From the NCBI RefSeq assembly GCF_009914755.1, contig NC_060929.1: DNA of 64,000 nt. One strand, 5' to 3'. The notes beneath the pieces were generated by a model. It was given only the letters and a program-made list of their open reading frames with translations. It had not been told where the DNA came from and ran no database searches. Both the position numbers and the translations under genes were made by a program. Positions 14,924-33,718 of the stretch are shown one piece after another. Origin of the DNA: the human T2T-CHM13v2.0 reference genome, Homo sapiens. The stretch's first letter is position 1. The number at the start of each line of letters is the position of its first letter.

Positions 14924-15596
14924 CTGTTAATTCTCAATATTCATGGAATTATGTTTACAAAAATGCTGTGAGCACTGAATTAGTAAATACTGAAACATTC
15001 TTCCTAGAGAAAAGACAGGAAGAGGTTCCTATAAGCCTCTGGTCACATTTTTATCAACAGATCAATATATAACTTTGTTTTATGAATGTTTCTGTTTAAA
15101 GATACCTTTTCTTAAAGGTTGACTCAAGAACTGCTAAGTAAATAAATGTTCATTCATGAACATCGAACTTATGACCTACAGCACTATAGGCCATATGTGA
15201 ATTAAGCTTATCAAGCACAGATATATTCTCCATGAGGTTCATTGCAGCCTTCCTGTGCTTAGGAACACTAGTCAGCACTTTGGGACTACACTTTTGGGCC
15301 ATTTTAAATGGTGAGATCACTAACAAGAAGCACACGAGTAAAAACAATGGCAATAAATAGACTATGGAAGGACCCTTGTTTACACTATTATACATGAAAC
15401 AAAAAGGCAGAGTGCTGCCTTGTTTAACCTCAGCTGGGCATATATGCATTGAACAAGTCAAATTTTTTTCACTCTACTTGTGTCTGTGAATAACCTCAAA
15501 AGTGTCCCAAGCATTTATTTTGGGTTACAAATAAATAAATTTCAGCAAGTAGGTGAATTTGTAAATATAGAAACTGTGAATAATGAATTTTGACTA
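14924..15596. mobile_element. MER82 (TcMar-Tigger non-autonomous DNA transposon), near complete
   Basis: CACTGAATTAGTAAATACTGAA...GCCTCTGGTCACA...CTTAGGAACACTAG...GAATAATGA. Minus-strand ORF 15150-15461 ends in a Tigger transposase N-terminal HTH-like peptide. Confidence 0.85.
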
Positions 15597-15608
15597 TAAA
15601 TATACATC

Positions 15609-15614
15609 TATATG

Positions 15615-15650
<36 letters not shown>
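15609..15650. repeat. (TA)n(TG)n compound microsatellite
   Basis: TATATATATATA followed by about 12 TG units. Confidence 0.9.
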
Positions 15651-15760
15651 ACCCCAAAATTCTTATTTTAAAATTCTAACCTGTGACATGGTGGTATTTA
15701 GAAGGCGGCCTTTGGGAAGTAATTGGGTCATGACATTGGAGCTTAAAAGAAGAGACCAGA
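15651..15760 (+). mobile_element. MLT1A-like LTR, 5' part (interrupted by L1)
   Basis: CCCCAAAATTC...GGTGGTATTTAGAAGGCGGCCTTTGGGAAGTAATTGGGTCATGA; continues at 21539. Confidence 0.7.
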
Positions 15761-21522
<5,762 letters not shown>

Positions 21523-21538
21523 AACAGAAAAAGCCAGA

Positions 21539-21736
21539 TAGGTAACATTCTCTTTCTGTAAGTGAGGATACAAAGAAAGAGAAGTCACAGCCTGCAACCT
21601 GTAAGAGAATGCTCACAAGACCCAGTCCAGGCTGGGACCCTGATCTCAGACTCCAGTCTCCAGAACTGTGAGAAATAAATTTCTGTTGTTTATAAGCTGC
21701 CCAGTCTAAGACTGTCATAGCAGCCAGAACTAAACA
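21539..21736 (+). mobile_element. MLT1A-like LTR, 3' part
   Basis: GACCCTGATCTCAGACTCCAGTCTCCAGAACTGTGAGAAATAAATTTCTGTTGTTTATAAGCTGCCCAGTCTA...ATAGCAGCC. Confidence 0.8.
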
Positions 21737-22175
21737 TGTATATATACCTACACATCTTTCATGCAAATTACAGAATTACTAAGTAGGAAAATTCACACAA
21801 AGTAAATGATGATGTTAAGGGCTATTTGGTTGTCTTCTAAATACTCAGTATTCATTCTAAATGGGAAACCAAATAATACTCTGAAAGTGGCTTGGTTAGG
21901 ATGAAACTGGAGAACATTACTTACATTATTTGATGGTTTAATAGTATTAAGCCAAAGGAGGCAAGTCCTTAGTGAAATGGAATATTAAGTAATGTGTAAA
22001 TTAATATAAATGAAGATGCTTTGGGAAAGTTAGCCAAGTACCCCTTTGGCTATGACAGCCTGGATTTTCAACAGGTACAGGGAGGACAAGTATTTTTGTG
22101 GCAACATCTCAGGAAAAGTAGGCTTCTTTCCAAATGGCACCCACATATACAGTTTTAAAAGATAAATTGTTTCTT

Positions 22176-24047
22176 TTGATTCCTCTTTCCAACTTTTATT
22201 TTTGATTCGGGGGTACATGTGCTGGTTTGTTGCATGGGTAAATTGTGTGTCATGGGGCTTTGGTGTACAGATGATTTCATCACCCAGGTAATGAGCATAA
22301 ATGCCATAGGTAGTTTTTCAATCCCCATCCTCCTCCCACCCTCCAGCCTCAAGCAAGCTCCAGTGTCTACTCTTCCCTTCTTTGTTCCCATGTGTACTTA
22401 GTATTTAGCTCCCATTTATAAGTGAGAATATATGGTATTTGGTTTTTTGGTCCTGCATTAATACGATAATGGCCCCCAGTTCCATCCACATTACTACAAA
22501 GGACATGATTTCATTTTTTTGTTGGCTACATAGTATTCCATGGTGTATATGTACCACATTTTCACATCCAGCACACCATTGGTGATCATTTAGGTAGATT
22601 CCATGTCTTAGCTATTGTGAATAGTGCTGTGATGAACATACGCACGCATGTGTCTTTATGGTAGAACGGTTTATATTCCTTTGGGTGCATACCCATTAAT
22701 TGGATTGCTGGGTCGAATGGCAGTTCTGAGTTTTTTTGAGAAATCTTCAAACTGCTTTCCACAATGGCTGAACTAATTTACATTTCCACCAGCAGTGTGT
22801 AAGTATTCCCCCTTCTCTGCAACCTCACCAGTATCTGTTATGTTTTGACTTTTTAATCATGTTTATTCTGACTGGCATGAGATAGTATCTTATCATAATT
22901 TTGATTTACATTTCTCTAATGATTAGTGATGTTGACCATTTTTTTTCTCACGTGTTGGTCTCACGTGTATGTCTTCTTTTGTGAGGTGTCTGTTCATGTC
23001 CTTTGCTCATTTATTTAATAGATTTCATGCGCGTCCGTGTGAAGAGACCACCAAACAGGCTTTGTGTGAGCAACAAGGCTTTTTATTTCACCTGGGTGCA
23101 GGTGGACTGAGTCCGAAAAGAGAGTCAGTGAAGGGAGATAGGGGTGGGGCCATTTTATAGGATTTGGGTAGATAAAGGGAAAAGGGGGGTTGTTCTCTGG
23201 CAGGCAGGAGTGGGGGTCACAAGGTGCTCAGTAGGGGAGCTTTTGAGCCAGGATGAGCCAGGAGAAGGAATTTCACAAGATAATGTCATCAGTTAAGGCA
23301 GGAACAGGCCATTTTCATTTCTTCTGTGGTGGAATGTCATCAGTAAAGGCAGGAACCAGCCATCTGGATGTGTACGTGCAGGACACAGGGGATATGATGG
23401 CTTAGCTTGGGCTCAGAGGCCTGACAATAGAGTTGCTTATTTTTTGCTTGTTGATTTAAGTTTCTTATAGATTCTGGATATTAGACCTTTGTTAGATGCA
23501 TAGTTTGCAAATATTTTCTCCTGTTCTGTAGATTGTCTGTTGACTCTGCTGGTAGTTTCTTTTGCTGTGCAGAAGCTCTTTAGTTTAATTAGGTACCACT
23601 TGTCAATTTTTGTTTTTGTTGCAATTGCTTTCGGTGTCTTCGTCATGAAATCTTTGCCAGGACCTGTGTCAAGAATGGTATTTCCTATGTTTTCTTCTAG
23701 GGTTTTTTATAGTTTTAGGTTTTACATTTAAGTCTTTGGTTCATCCTGAGTTGATTTTTGCATACGGTGAAAGGAAGGGGCTCAGTTTTCATCTTTTGCA
23801 TATGGCTAGCTAGTAATCCCAGCACCATTTATTGAATAGGAAATCTTTTCCCCCATTGCTTGTTTTTGTTGAGCTTGTCGAAGATCAGATGGTTGTGGGT
23901 GTGCGGCTTTATTTCTGGGTTCTTTAACCTGTTTCATTGGTCTGTGTCTGTTTTTGTACCAGTACCATGCTTTTTGTTTACTGTTGCCTTGTAGTGCAGT
24001 TTGAAGTTGGGTGCTGTGATGCTTCTGGCTTTGTACTTTTTGCTAGC
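22176..24047 (-). mobile_element. 5'-truncated L1PA (L1PA15/16-like), interrupted by LTR7
   Basis: Reverse-strand L1PA 3'UTR and ORF2 C-terminus ([30 protein letters not shown]). TSD TAAATT(G/A)TTTCTT at 22163-22175 and 24048-24060. Confidence 0.9.
23023..23426 (-). mobile_element. LTR7 (HERV-H) solo LTR, complete
   Basis: On the minus strand begins TGTCAGGCCTCTGAGCCCAAGCTAAGCC and ends ACACGGACGCGCATGAAA. Two U3 repeats (ACTGATGACATT), TATAAAA box, perfect 5-bp TSD ATAGA (23018-23022, 23427-23431). Confidence 0.96.
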
Positions 24048-24279
24048 TAAATTATTTCTTAATGAAGGCCCATAAATAAAAATAAAATAACTCCTATCTT
24101 ACCTGACCCAAGGGAGAAAATATTGCAACTAACCTGGAGGAAGTGAGGCTGAGTTTGAGTATGAATGAGTAGAGAATCAGGTGGAAATGTGCCGGATTCA
24201 GGTAATGATGAGTTCCCATTTCCTCCAGAGGTCCACTTGGTGACAGGCAGGGACCATCAGGCGTGAATCCCAATTACTT

Positions 24280-24775
24280 CCTCATTCTTCTCACCTAACC
24301 CTACTAGTGTTGACTTGAAAATATATCTCAATAAATGCACATCTTTCTCTACTTCTTTCTCTTGGCACTTCAACCAAGAGACCATTCTTTATTCTTGAAT
24401 AATCTAAGCCCCCTTTTTCCCATTATTCTCCCTACTTGAAAAGATTTCCCTCTAGCCCTTCAATGGGTGGCTAATCTCCCTCCCTCAGACCTCAGCTTAA
24501 ATGTCTCCTACCCAACAAAGTCTTTCTCGTTCAGTCTGTCTGATCCTAGGTGTCCTTGCTAGGTCCTCAACTATTTATTTCCTTCCTATAGTAGTACAGC
24601 ACGTAGTGATCTTGCTTATTCACTTGTTCACATGATCATTATCTATCTCCTTCCCCTGGCATATAAACACCATGAACACTAAGAATATAACCACCTTGTT
24701 TACCACTAAATCCCCAAAGCCTGGAAAAATGCTTGCCTCAAATTAGTTACACACTGTATGTTTAATGAATAAACA
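24280..24775 (+). mobile_element. L2 3' region fragment
   Basis: CAGACCTCAGCTTAAATGTC...CTTGTTTACCACTAAATCCCCAAAGCCTGGAA...TGTTTAATGAATAAA. Confidence 0.6.
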
Positions 24776-26139
24776 TAAAGTCTACCTAAGTCCTTAAGTA
24801 GACTTTCTTAATAATCCTACAAAATAAAGACAAATTAGTGAAATTATAACTTATAATTGCATTGCAAGATTACAATCCTCTGGTTGAATTTTATGGCTTT
24901 TCAAATTGAGGTCAGGAATGTTCAGCATGTAATCCTAACCATGCAGGTAAATTTGTAAAGTAGGCTGTTGAGTGCCAGCTTTCAAATATCACTAACACCA
25001 CCTGTTAAGACATTTAGTTTATTGCTTAATATAACACCATCTATCTCCACAAAGTTTCAGCAGTGTCATGAAGGGAATAGGGCAAGAACAGAATTTATTA
25101 AGAATTGGAAATTTTGTGTAAGATGGGGAAAAGTGAAAGGGAGGACTTGATTAGGATTGTATAAGAATTAACAACTTTTCTGGACTGCTGGAAATAGCAA
25201 GGTAAAGATGTTGGCACAAAAGATTCAAAGATCTTTCCAGTAAGATAGACAGTAAGGTTTAGTTGTTTTGCTTTATTTTGTTTTGTTTTGTTTTGGAGGG
25301 GATGAGGACTTAGGTAGTTTTGGTTCTCAGTGTCCAAGCAATGTAGGGCAGATGATTTTGGTTTCAGGGTGAAGGCTGGATCACAGTAACACCTTCCCAA
25401 TTCCATGCTCCCACAACTAAACCAAACCAAGAGTTTAGAACTAAATGGATTATCTTCCCCACTCCTTCAAAATGTACATTTTAAAAACAAGTTTCTAGGA
25501 AAAAAGCTACATATTTAATCTGATGAAGTAGGACAATTTTAAATGGGAAAAAATATGAACTCTATTCAAATCACGTTGCTGCTCATGAGGCACCCCTGAG
25601 GATAGCTATACTTACAAGAGATTGATAAGAATTCCATTAGTACATATTAATATTTCAGTCTATTTAGAAAAAATACATATTCACTTAAAAATGGTTCTTT
25701 GCTTTTGTTAGGTATAGCAGTAAAATATAAAACTTCCAATGAGATTTAATATGTGGATAAATAATCTATTTAATATGATATGTGTATTTTAGCACCTAAT
25801 GAGGGAGGGACCACATAGTTTGAATTGCATAATCTATGCAGTAGAGTGGCTTTTGATTCAATTGCTCAGTTGAATCAATTAAATAACATGCTTAATTGAT
25901 TGCTTTTCTCTCGAATAAAAATAACCTTATTGGACTGAATATGCCAAAATTCCAGTCAGATATTTTGAAGTTACTTGTAGTCAGAAATCAGGATATTCAA
26001 TATTCTTTGTCAAAAAAATCTCATAGGTTTTTACAAGCATCCATAAAGTCTCTCGGATTAGAATTTTTTAGGTTTAACCACAGACCTAACCATTTCTGAA
26101 GACAAAATTGATCAAATATTGCAATTTTATATGGTACGC

Positions 26140-26310
26140 CTTAATAGAACTTGAGAGCTGGATGAGGTCTTCAGAGACATATGGTGCAATCAAACTCCTA
26201 TTGGAAGCTAGAGCTTGTTAGAGACAAACAGGTTGCAAGAGTCAGTCAGCTTGTGGTCAGACTTAGGACTGAGAATCCAACCTTCTGACGTTTGCCCACT
26301 GCATTCTGCT
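26140..26310 (-). mobile_element. MIR3-like fragment
   Basis: ATAGAACTTGAGAGCTGGATGAGGTCTTCAGAGACAT...GGACTGAGAATCCAACCTTCTGAC. Confidence 0.5.
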
Positions 26311-27059
26311 CAGGGTTCATGCCTTGACTTCCTGACAAGTTTTAAAAGTAACATCTTTTAAAAATAATTGTTGCATTTTGGATAATCTAGGCTACTGATT
26401 CATTCAATACGTTTAGCTCGGAAATGGTTGGATTTTTGCTTCAGTCCTTAGTTAATGGAATATTATTTCACAATAAAGTGAGATTGTCCTGTCTTTCTAG
26501 CTTGGCTCAAAAGCCTCTTGAAAAACTTATTTTGGAACAGCTAATCTTTTTAGTAGACTCATTGTCCTTTAACTATGATCCAGTATGCTTAGGCACATAC
26601 GAAAGAGTTTCTGTTAATTGGCTAATGACAGACACACAAGACTCGAAACTCATTCACAACTCTAATTTCAGCATCAATGTCTGTAGAGCATTCAGTTCCT
26701 TAGAGCATTAAAACAATCGCAGATCAAACTATAACAACTTGATACTTTCATTATAATTTATTTTATAAAGTTTTTTCTGCAGGTTGGAAATCATTGCATA
26801 ATCACTATAGAGCCCCTTTTATGAGAGTCAACGGGAGTGTAGTTGTGTCTATTTAAATTTATACTAGGCTCTGGGATTGAGTCGTAGGATAGAGCATCAG
26901 ATGCCCACAGAAGCATTCTCCACACTATCCCTGTGTCGTTGTGGCTTCACAGGAGGTGGAAGATTGCAATTCCTTCAAAAGGGAAGGAACAAACTTAGTA
27001 GCCTTGCATGCTATTTGACTGCATGTTTATAATGGTGCCTTAGGAGGAAAAAGTTTTTG

Positions 27060-27325
27060 CCAATAGAAAAAAATAGATTTAGAAAAAAATTCTAAATAAT
27101 AAAATAATAAATAATAAAACAGATTTTTTCTATTGGCAAAAATTTTAAACACTTGTTGTGTAAAATGTGGAAAAATGGAGACCTCAGGGTAAGAATGTAA
27201 TCTGGAACAACAACTTTAGAAAACAATATAAGAAGGTCTTGAAAGTTACACAAGTCCATTCCGTATGGCCCAGTAATTTCATTTCTAGACATACACTGTA
27301 GAAACATTTTATATCTCTGCAGGAG
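27060..27325 (+). mobile_element. Old L1M ORF2-end fragment
   Basis: ATTGGCAAAAATTTTAAA...GAATGTAATCTGGAACAACAACTTTAGAAAACAAT...CCCAGTAATTTCATTTCTAG. Confidence 0.6.
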
Positions 27326-27414
27326 GATAGTGTTGTATAAATTATTGGTGTTGTATAAATTTATATTTTATCGGTGTTGTATAAATTTATCTTGGTGTTA
27401 CATAAATTTATAGT

Positions 27415-28110
<696 letters not shown>

Positions 28111-28399
28111 GGAAATGTTTATTATTTTTCCCTGGGCCCTGACAATCTTCCAGTAGAAGTTTTGCCACTATTTTCTCTTGATAAATAACTACTCTCAAGG
28201 CAAGAGCTAGACCTACTTCTCTGGGTTCTCCTTTCTTAGATTTTGCATCAATCCTAGGTCCCCTTACCAGCTGGCTTCCTGCTAGGTTTGGCTAAAGGGA
28301 GGTTAAAGCTCTCCTCAGGTGGCACCTTCTTTATGGCTCTAATTCTCACTAGGTTCCCATAACATTTTTCAATACTTGGTCATATAGTTGATCACCCCT

Positions 28400-29147
28400 T
28401 CTTAGTCTTCATTTTCTGTTTGCACAGAGTCGCAAAATCAATGAGAAGTAAGAGCTTAAGGACTTTTCACTTTTTTTCTGAGTATGCTTACAGTCACATG
28501 CATGCCTGTAGTGTTTTAAAATCCCAGAAATATCTTAGGGCTTTTCCAAAACTCCTACTGAATTTTTGTTTACCTGATTTTTCCTTTTAGCTTCATGGTT
28601 TGTCTACTGTTTGCCTCAACAGTCATTCATGGCTTCAGTCAGACATGAAGTTAAGCAATTTCCTGTGATTGTTTTTGACAAACACCCTCAGAGAAGAGGC
28701 TTTTTGCACTGGTAGCTCTGACTGAGGTCAAATAAAGACAGCCTTGCAAGTGAGGTCTTAAGTAAACCATCAAACAGGACAAGTAATGGCAATGCTCTGG
28801 CAAGGGTCTTTGAAGAAGCTCCAAACCCTTTCTACTTCCAGTTGCAGCCAGGCTGCCAGTTTTCACTCTGATGCAGACTGTCAGTTTTCAAGGCTACCAC
28901 AGAGCTGGATGCTAGAAAGTGGAACTATGATAAATTAAAATGTCGCAAAGCTTTCTGTTCTTATTGAGATTCTGTCACTTTTCCTGGGGTGGGGTAGTGG
29001 GGCGGGGAATGCACTTCATGTTGCTGCAAGCCTTTTGTTAGTTTTTAGAGTTCTGGAAGTTTTGATTTTAACAAGTTTTTGCCAATTTTCTCCTTGCTTT
29101 TATGGAAGAGAGAATTTTCAAAAATCTTTAATCTGTTATTTTCACTA
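28400..29147 (-). mobile_element. Ancient L1 5' region (L1MEc/L1M4-like)
   Basis: GTCAAATAAAGACAGCCTTGCAAGTG...TTTTCAAGGCTACCACAGAGCTGG...TTTTTGCCAATTTTCTCCTTGCTTTTATGGAAGAGAGAATTTT; matched from memory. Confidence 0.65.
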
Positions 29148-29869
29148 AAGTCCTATGATCAGTTTTAAATTCCCCAACTCTCTTGGTTAAAAAAATATTT
29201 AAATTTCCTTGATGATTGATAAGAAAAGTGTTTTTCCCTCCCCTTCTAGATACAAATTATTATTCTAATTATGCTGCCTAAAATCTCTAGTTAATAGCTT
29301 ACTGTGCACCTAGCATGAGCTAAAGACTTAATAGAAATTGAGTATGAAGTATGATTCCTTTGCAGTTACAAAAACAAGAATATAAAGGCTATTTTAAAAT
29401 ATTAATAGAAATTATTTACATAGTTATTTCTTCATTAGAAGCAAAACCTAGCTGATGAAATTATGTCTTTTTCCCAAAAAACATCCAATATTCTAATTTC
29501 AATTGGCACTATTTTAATTAATGAGAGACTTCATAATAAATCATTTGTCAAATTTATAAATATACTAAATTTCACACTGATGTATCTCTGAATTGCTTTA
29601 AATTAGATAATTTGTAATGTGATTCATCTTCTTCAGGCAACACCTCTTGTGGCAGTGAAATGGATCCATACATTCTTTTGTTTGCCTTTTTGCTCTGTTC
29701 TGACACATCACATAAGTTTCTTGGAAGACAAAAATAATTTCTTAAGAGTTTTTGGTTTTGTATGCTTTCAACAATACCTTTGGGTAGCCAAAATAACACT
29801 TGAAATGCATTCTCCACTGTCTCTAACAAAGTACTTGACATGGTCTAATTTATAAAGCAGACCCTTTTA

Positions 29870-30282
<413 letters not shown>

Positions 30283-30504
30283 TTACACATACAATCATGT
30301 TACAGACTCCCACATCTGTAGATGTCTTTGATACTAGCGCTTTCTGAAAAATTCTGACACAAAATATCACTTGGCTTAGTAGAGATGATAAAAAAAGAAC
30401 AGGCTATCTGAAAGAATCAGCATTAATTTTCTATCTTTTTGTTCTTGCTTGGCGTATCTCATTTTGCCCTTTTTGTTGTTGTTGTTGGTATGTAAATTGC
30501 TTTT

Positions 30505-30650
30505 AATTTTAGTATAAAAGCAAAAGACAAAAGTATTAAGAATAACTATAAATACAAAATTTGTTAACAGATATACATAAAACAGATGTTAATTATTTCA
30601 TTTATAACATAAAGTGTAGGGGTTGCTAAAGTGTAGGTCTTTTGTATTCT
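30505..30650 (+). mobile_element. L1M inter-ORF fragment
   Basis: AAAAGACAAAAGTATTAAGAATAACTATAAATACAAAATTTGTTAA...AAAGTGTAG. Confidence 0.5.
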
Positions 30651-30656
30651 ATTATA

Positions 30657-30696
30657 TTAGATTGGTGCAAAAGTAATTGTGGTTTTGGACCATTAC
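30657..30696. mobile_element. MADE1 half element (single TIR)
   Basis: TA|TTAGATTGGTGCAAAAGTAATTGTGGTTTTGGACCATTAC; second TIR absent. Confidence 0.75.
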
Positions 30697-31589
30697 CCTT
30701 TTTATCTGGGAGAGTTTTGTGGAATTAAGAATCTAGCTTCACATTGGAGGCCCTGCTGGAAATATGGATGACAGAAAAATTTGCTAATATTGTCAAACGA
30801 TCAGTAACCGCAACAAGAATGCAATTAGGTACAGAAGAGATGTATTTCAATCTGACTTTTAAACCATGAAACTGTGTGATAATTCTGCAAAGTTATATTT
30901 TGTCAGCAAACAAGCTGCGTTGGCAGTTCCCATAGGCAAAGTGCCAGACAGCTCATGTACAAGGGAATTGAAACATTGAAAGGGATTTCTTCCCTTAGTT
31001 CCTTTCATAACCGTACATATCTGTTATAGTTAGAGGGAGAATACTTGAAATTATTTCTGGAAGATATGGGAACTTTTGCGTGAAAAAGGGCTACAGAATT
31101 TTGCCTGTAAAGTTATGCTAATCTCTGTACAGAAATGTCTGACAATTCAGAAGCTGAAACTCAGCAAAATCTCTACTTTAAGTGTCAGATAAAGCCTAAC
31201 GTCAAAGGAAAGGGCAAGAGTCTCAGGAAAGAGGTAAGCGAATAAAACTAGCTCTACAATAACCACAATGTCATTTAAAAATCTGCAGTATCCCTGCCAG
31301 ATTAAATGTACTGAGAATTCGTCAACCCTAAAATCAATAGGAAATGTCCCCTTATTGAAGGTACCAGGGCCTTGGAAACATTCTCTTCTTCTCTAAATTT
31401 TCTCAGTAAACTCCAGAATTCTCTTTTATAAGCCATATGGAATCATAAATTTGTTTATCTAATAAATTACAAAGATGACTAGCAGCACATCACAATTAAG
31501 GGATATCTTTTACCTACTGTTCTCAGCTTTGGAGCTGTGGCAAAAACTCTGAAACAATTAAAAGTCTCAATGTACATACTGTTAAACAT

Positions 31590-32830
31590 ATAGATGATAA
31601 CAGTCAGGGAATAATTACAGTGGTCCAGACAAGGAAAAATGGCAACTTGAACTAAGCTTCTGTTGATATAAATAGACTTGGACAGAAAGATATTATAGTT
31701 TGAATATCTATTTTAAAATTAACTAGGTAATAAATTTGATTTATGTTGAAGGGTAGGGGGCAGATAAAAGTAGATTTTGGACGTGACAAAATGGATGAAT
31801 AATGGTCCCATTCATCATATAAAAAATAATTGAAAAGGATTATATTTGATGTAACAAAATCATGAGACTGATATTGTACCTTTGAAGTTTGAGAATATTT
31901 TCAGATATCTGAGGGACAATATTGAGTGTATAGTCCAATATGTGTCTGGAGTTCAGAAAAGAATTCTGGACTGGAGAAAAAAAATCCAAGAGCTATAAAA
32001 AAATAGGTACATGGTAATTGAAGCTATGGTTAAAGATAAAATTTCCCAGCTGGGTGCAGTGGCTCACGCCTGTAATCCCACCACATTGGGAGGCTGAGGC
32101 AGGCGAATCACTTGAGGTCAGAAGTTCAAGACAAGCCCAGCCAACATGGTGAAACCCCATCTCTACTAAAAATACAAAAATTAGCTGGGTCCGGTGGTGC
32201 CTGCCTTTAATCCCAGGTACTCCAGTGGCAGAGGCAAAAGAATCGCTTGAACCCCGGAGGCAGATGTTGCAGTGAGCCAAGATGGTGCCACTGCACTCCA
32301 GCCTGGGCAACAGAGCGAGATTCTTCTCAAAAAACAAACAAACAAAAGATGAGATTTTCTAATATAAAAGTAAAGAGTATGAAAAGAAAAAAGATCTACA
32401 AATGAAATTCAAATAATTCCAGTAATTAATGGCCAATATGAAGAGAATGTGCCCCCAGTGAAGACAAGAGACTAAATGCCAAAGAGGTAGGAAAGGAAAC
32501 CAGAAAGATATATTATTTCAGTAACCAATAAAGAGATCATTTAAATAAATGAGGTGTATTCGATGATGTCATATTGTGCTGAGACACTTATAAATAATTT
32601 TAAATCTCCATTGCATTTGGTAGCATGGAGGTGGTTGGTGACTTTAGCCAGTCAGTTTGGAATAGGTTAAGGAGTGAGTGGAGGGTTGAGGAAATAGCAA
32701 CTGCAAGTAGATACAACTCTCTTGAAAGATATGCTAGGATATGAGAGAAAACTAAGATAACAGAGGGAAGAGGTGGTGGGGTAAAATGTGTTTTTTAAAG
32801 AGTTGAATAGATCTGAGGATATTTAATTGC
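31590..32830 (-). mobile_element. L2 RT-region fragment (interrupted by AluS)
   Basis: GTGGTCCAGACAAGGAAAAATGGCAACTTGAACTA...GTCTGGAGTTCAGAAAAGAATTCTGGACTGGAGA...GGAGGTGGTTGGTGACTTTAGC...GCAAGTAGATACAACTCT. Confidence 0.7.
32048..32345 (+). mobile_element. AluS (Sz/Sx-like), full length
   Basis: Complete dimer; degenerate TSD AAAGATAAAATTTCCC / AAAGATGAGATTTTCT. Confidence 0.92.
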
Positions 32831-32854
32831 TGCCAGTAAGAATATCATTAAGAA

Positions 32855-33076
32855 ATACAACAGGGTTACTATAACAATGCAGTGCCTATTTCATATAGCT
32901 AGAAGAGATTTTGAATATTGTCACAAAAAATAAATAATAAATGTTAAAAGTGATGGATGTGGTAATTACCCCAATTTGGTCATTATACTATGTGTATTTG
33001 CATTGAAACATCACATTGTATCCAGTAAATATATATAATTATTATGTGTTAATTAATTATAAATAAAATAAATAAA
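32855..33076 (+). mobile_element. L1MA (MA6-8-like) 3' terminus
   Basis: ATAGCTAGAAGAGATTTTGAATATT...GTGATGGATGTGGTAATTACCCCAATTTGGTCATTATAC...GAAACATCACATTGTA and A-rich tail. Confidence 0.75.
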
Positions 33077-33124
33077 GTGTTAATTCTCAAAAGCAATATA
33101 ACCAACAGGGTAAATTCCTTTGAA

Positions 33125-33377
33125 AGACAGAAGATGAAAAAAGAAAGAAATAGAGAAAGAAAGAAAGAGAGAGAGAGGGAGGGAGGGAAAGAAGAGGAAG
33201 GAAGGAAGGAAGGAGGGAAAAGAAAGAAGGAAAGAAAGAAAGAACAAAAGAAAGAACAAAAGAAAAAAGAAGAAAAGAAAGAAAGAAAGTAAAAGAAAGA
33301 AAGAAGGAGGGAAGGAAGGAAAGTAGGAAAAGAAAGAAAAGAAAGAAAGAAAGAAAAAAGAAAGAAAAGAAAGAAAA

Positions 33378-33431
<54 letters not shown>

Positions 33432-33648
33432 AAAGAAAGAAAGAAGGAGGGAAGGAAGGAAGGAAGGTAGGAAAAGAAAGAAAAAGAAAGAAAAGAAAGA
33501 AAGAAGGAAGGAAAGAAAGAAAAGAAAGAGAGAGAGAGAAAGAAGGAGGGAAGGAAGGAAGGAGAGAGAAGAAGGGAGGGAGGGAAGAAGGAAGGAAGGA
33601 AGGAAGGAAGGAAGGAAGGAAGGAAGGAAGGAAGGAAGGAAGGAAGGG
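33125..33648. repeat. ~520-bp polypurine tract with (GAAA)13 and (GGAA)14
   Basis: Almost only A/G; (GAAA)13 at 33382-33433 and (GGAA)14 at 33590-33645. Confidence 0.97.
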
Positions 33649-33718
33649 ATTTAGATTGGATATGGGAAAGAGGAAAACCTCAAATATAACCAAAGAGAAG
33701 AAAAAGAGAATGGGTATG

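Noticed and set aside
27330-27411. Repeat-spacer appearance suggestive of a mini CRISPR array
   Set aside because: Units are only 14-18 bp with irregular spacers of a few bases, there are no cas genes, and the context is human DNA.
33049-33693. Longest ORF (214 aa, F/L/S/P-rich, minus strand)
   Set aside because: It is the translation of the (CTTT)/(CCTT) microsatellite strand, which cannot contain stop codons; not a gene.
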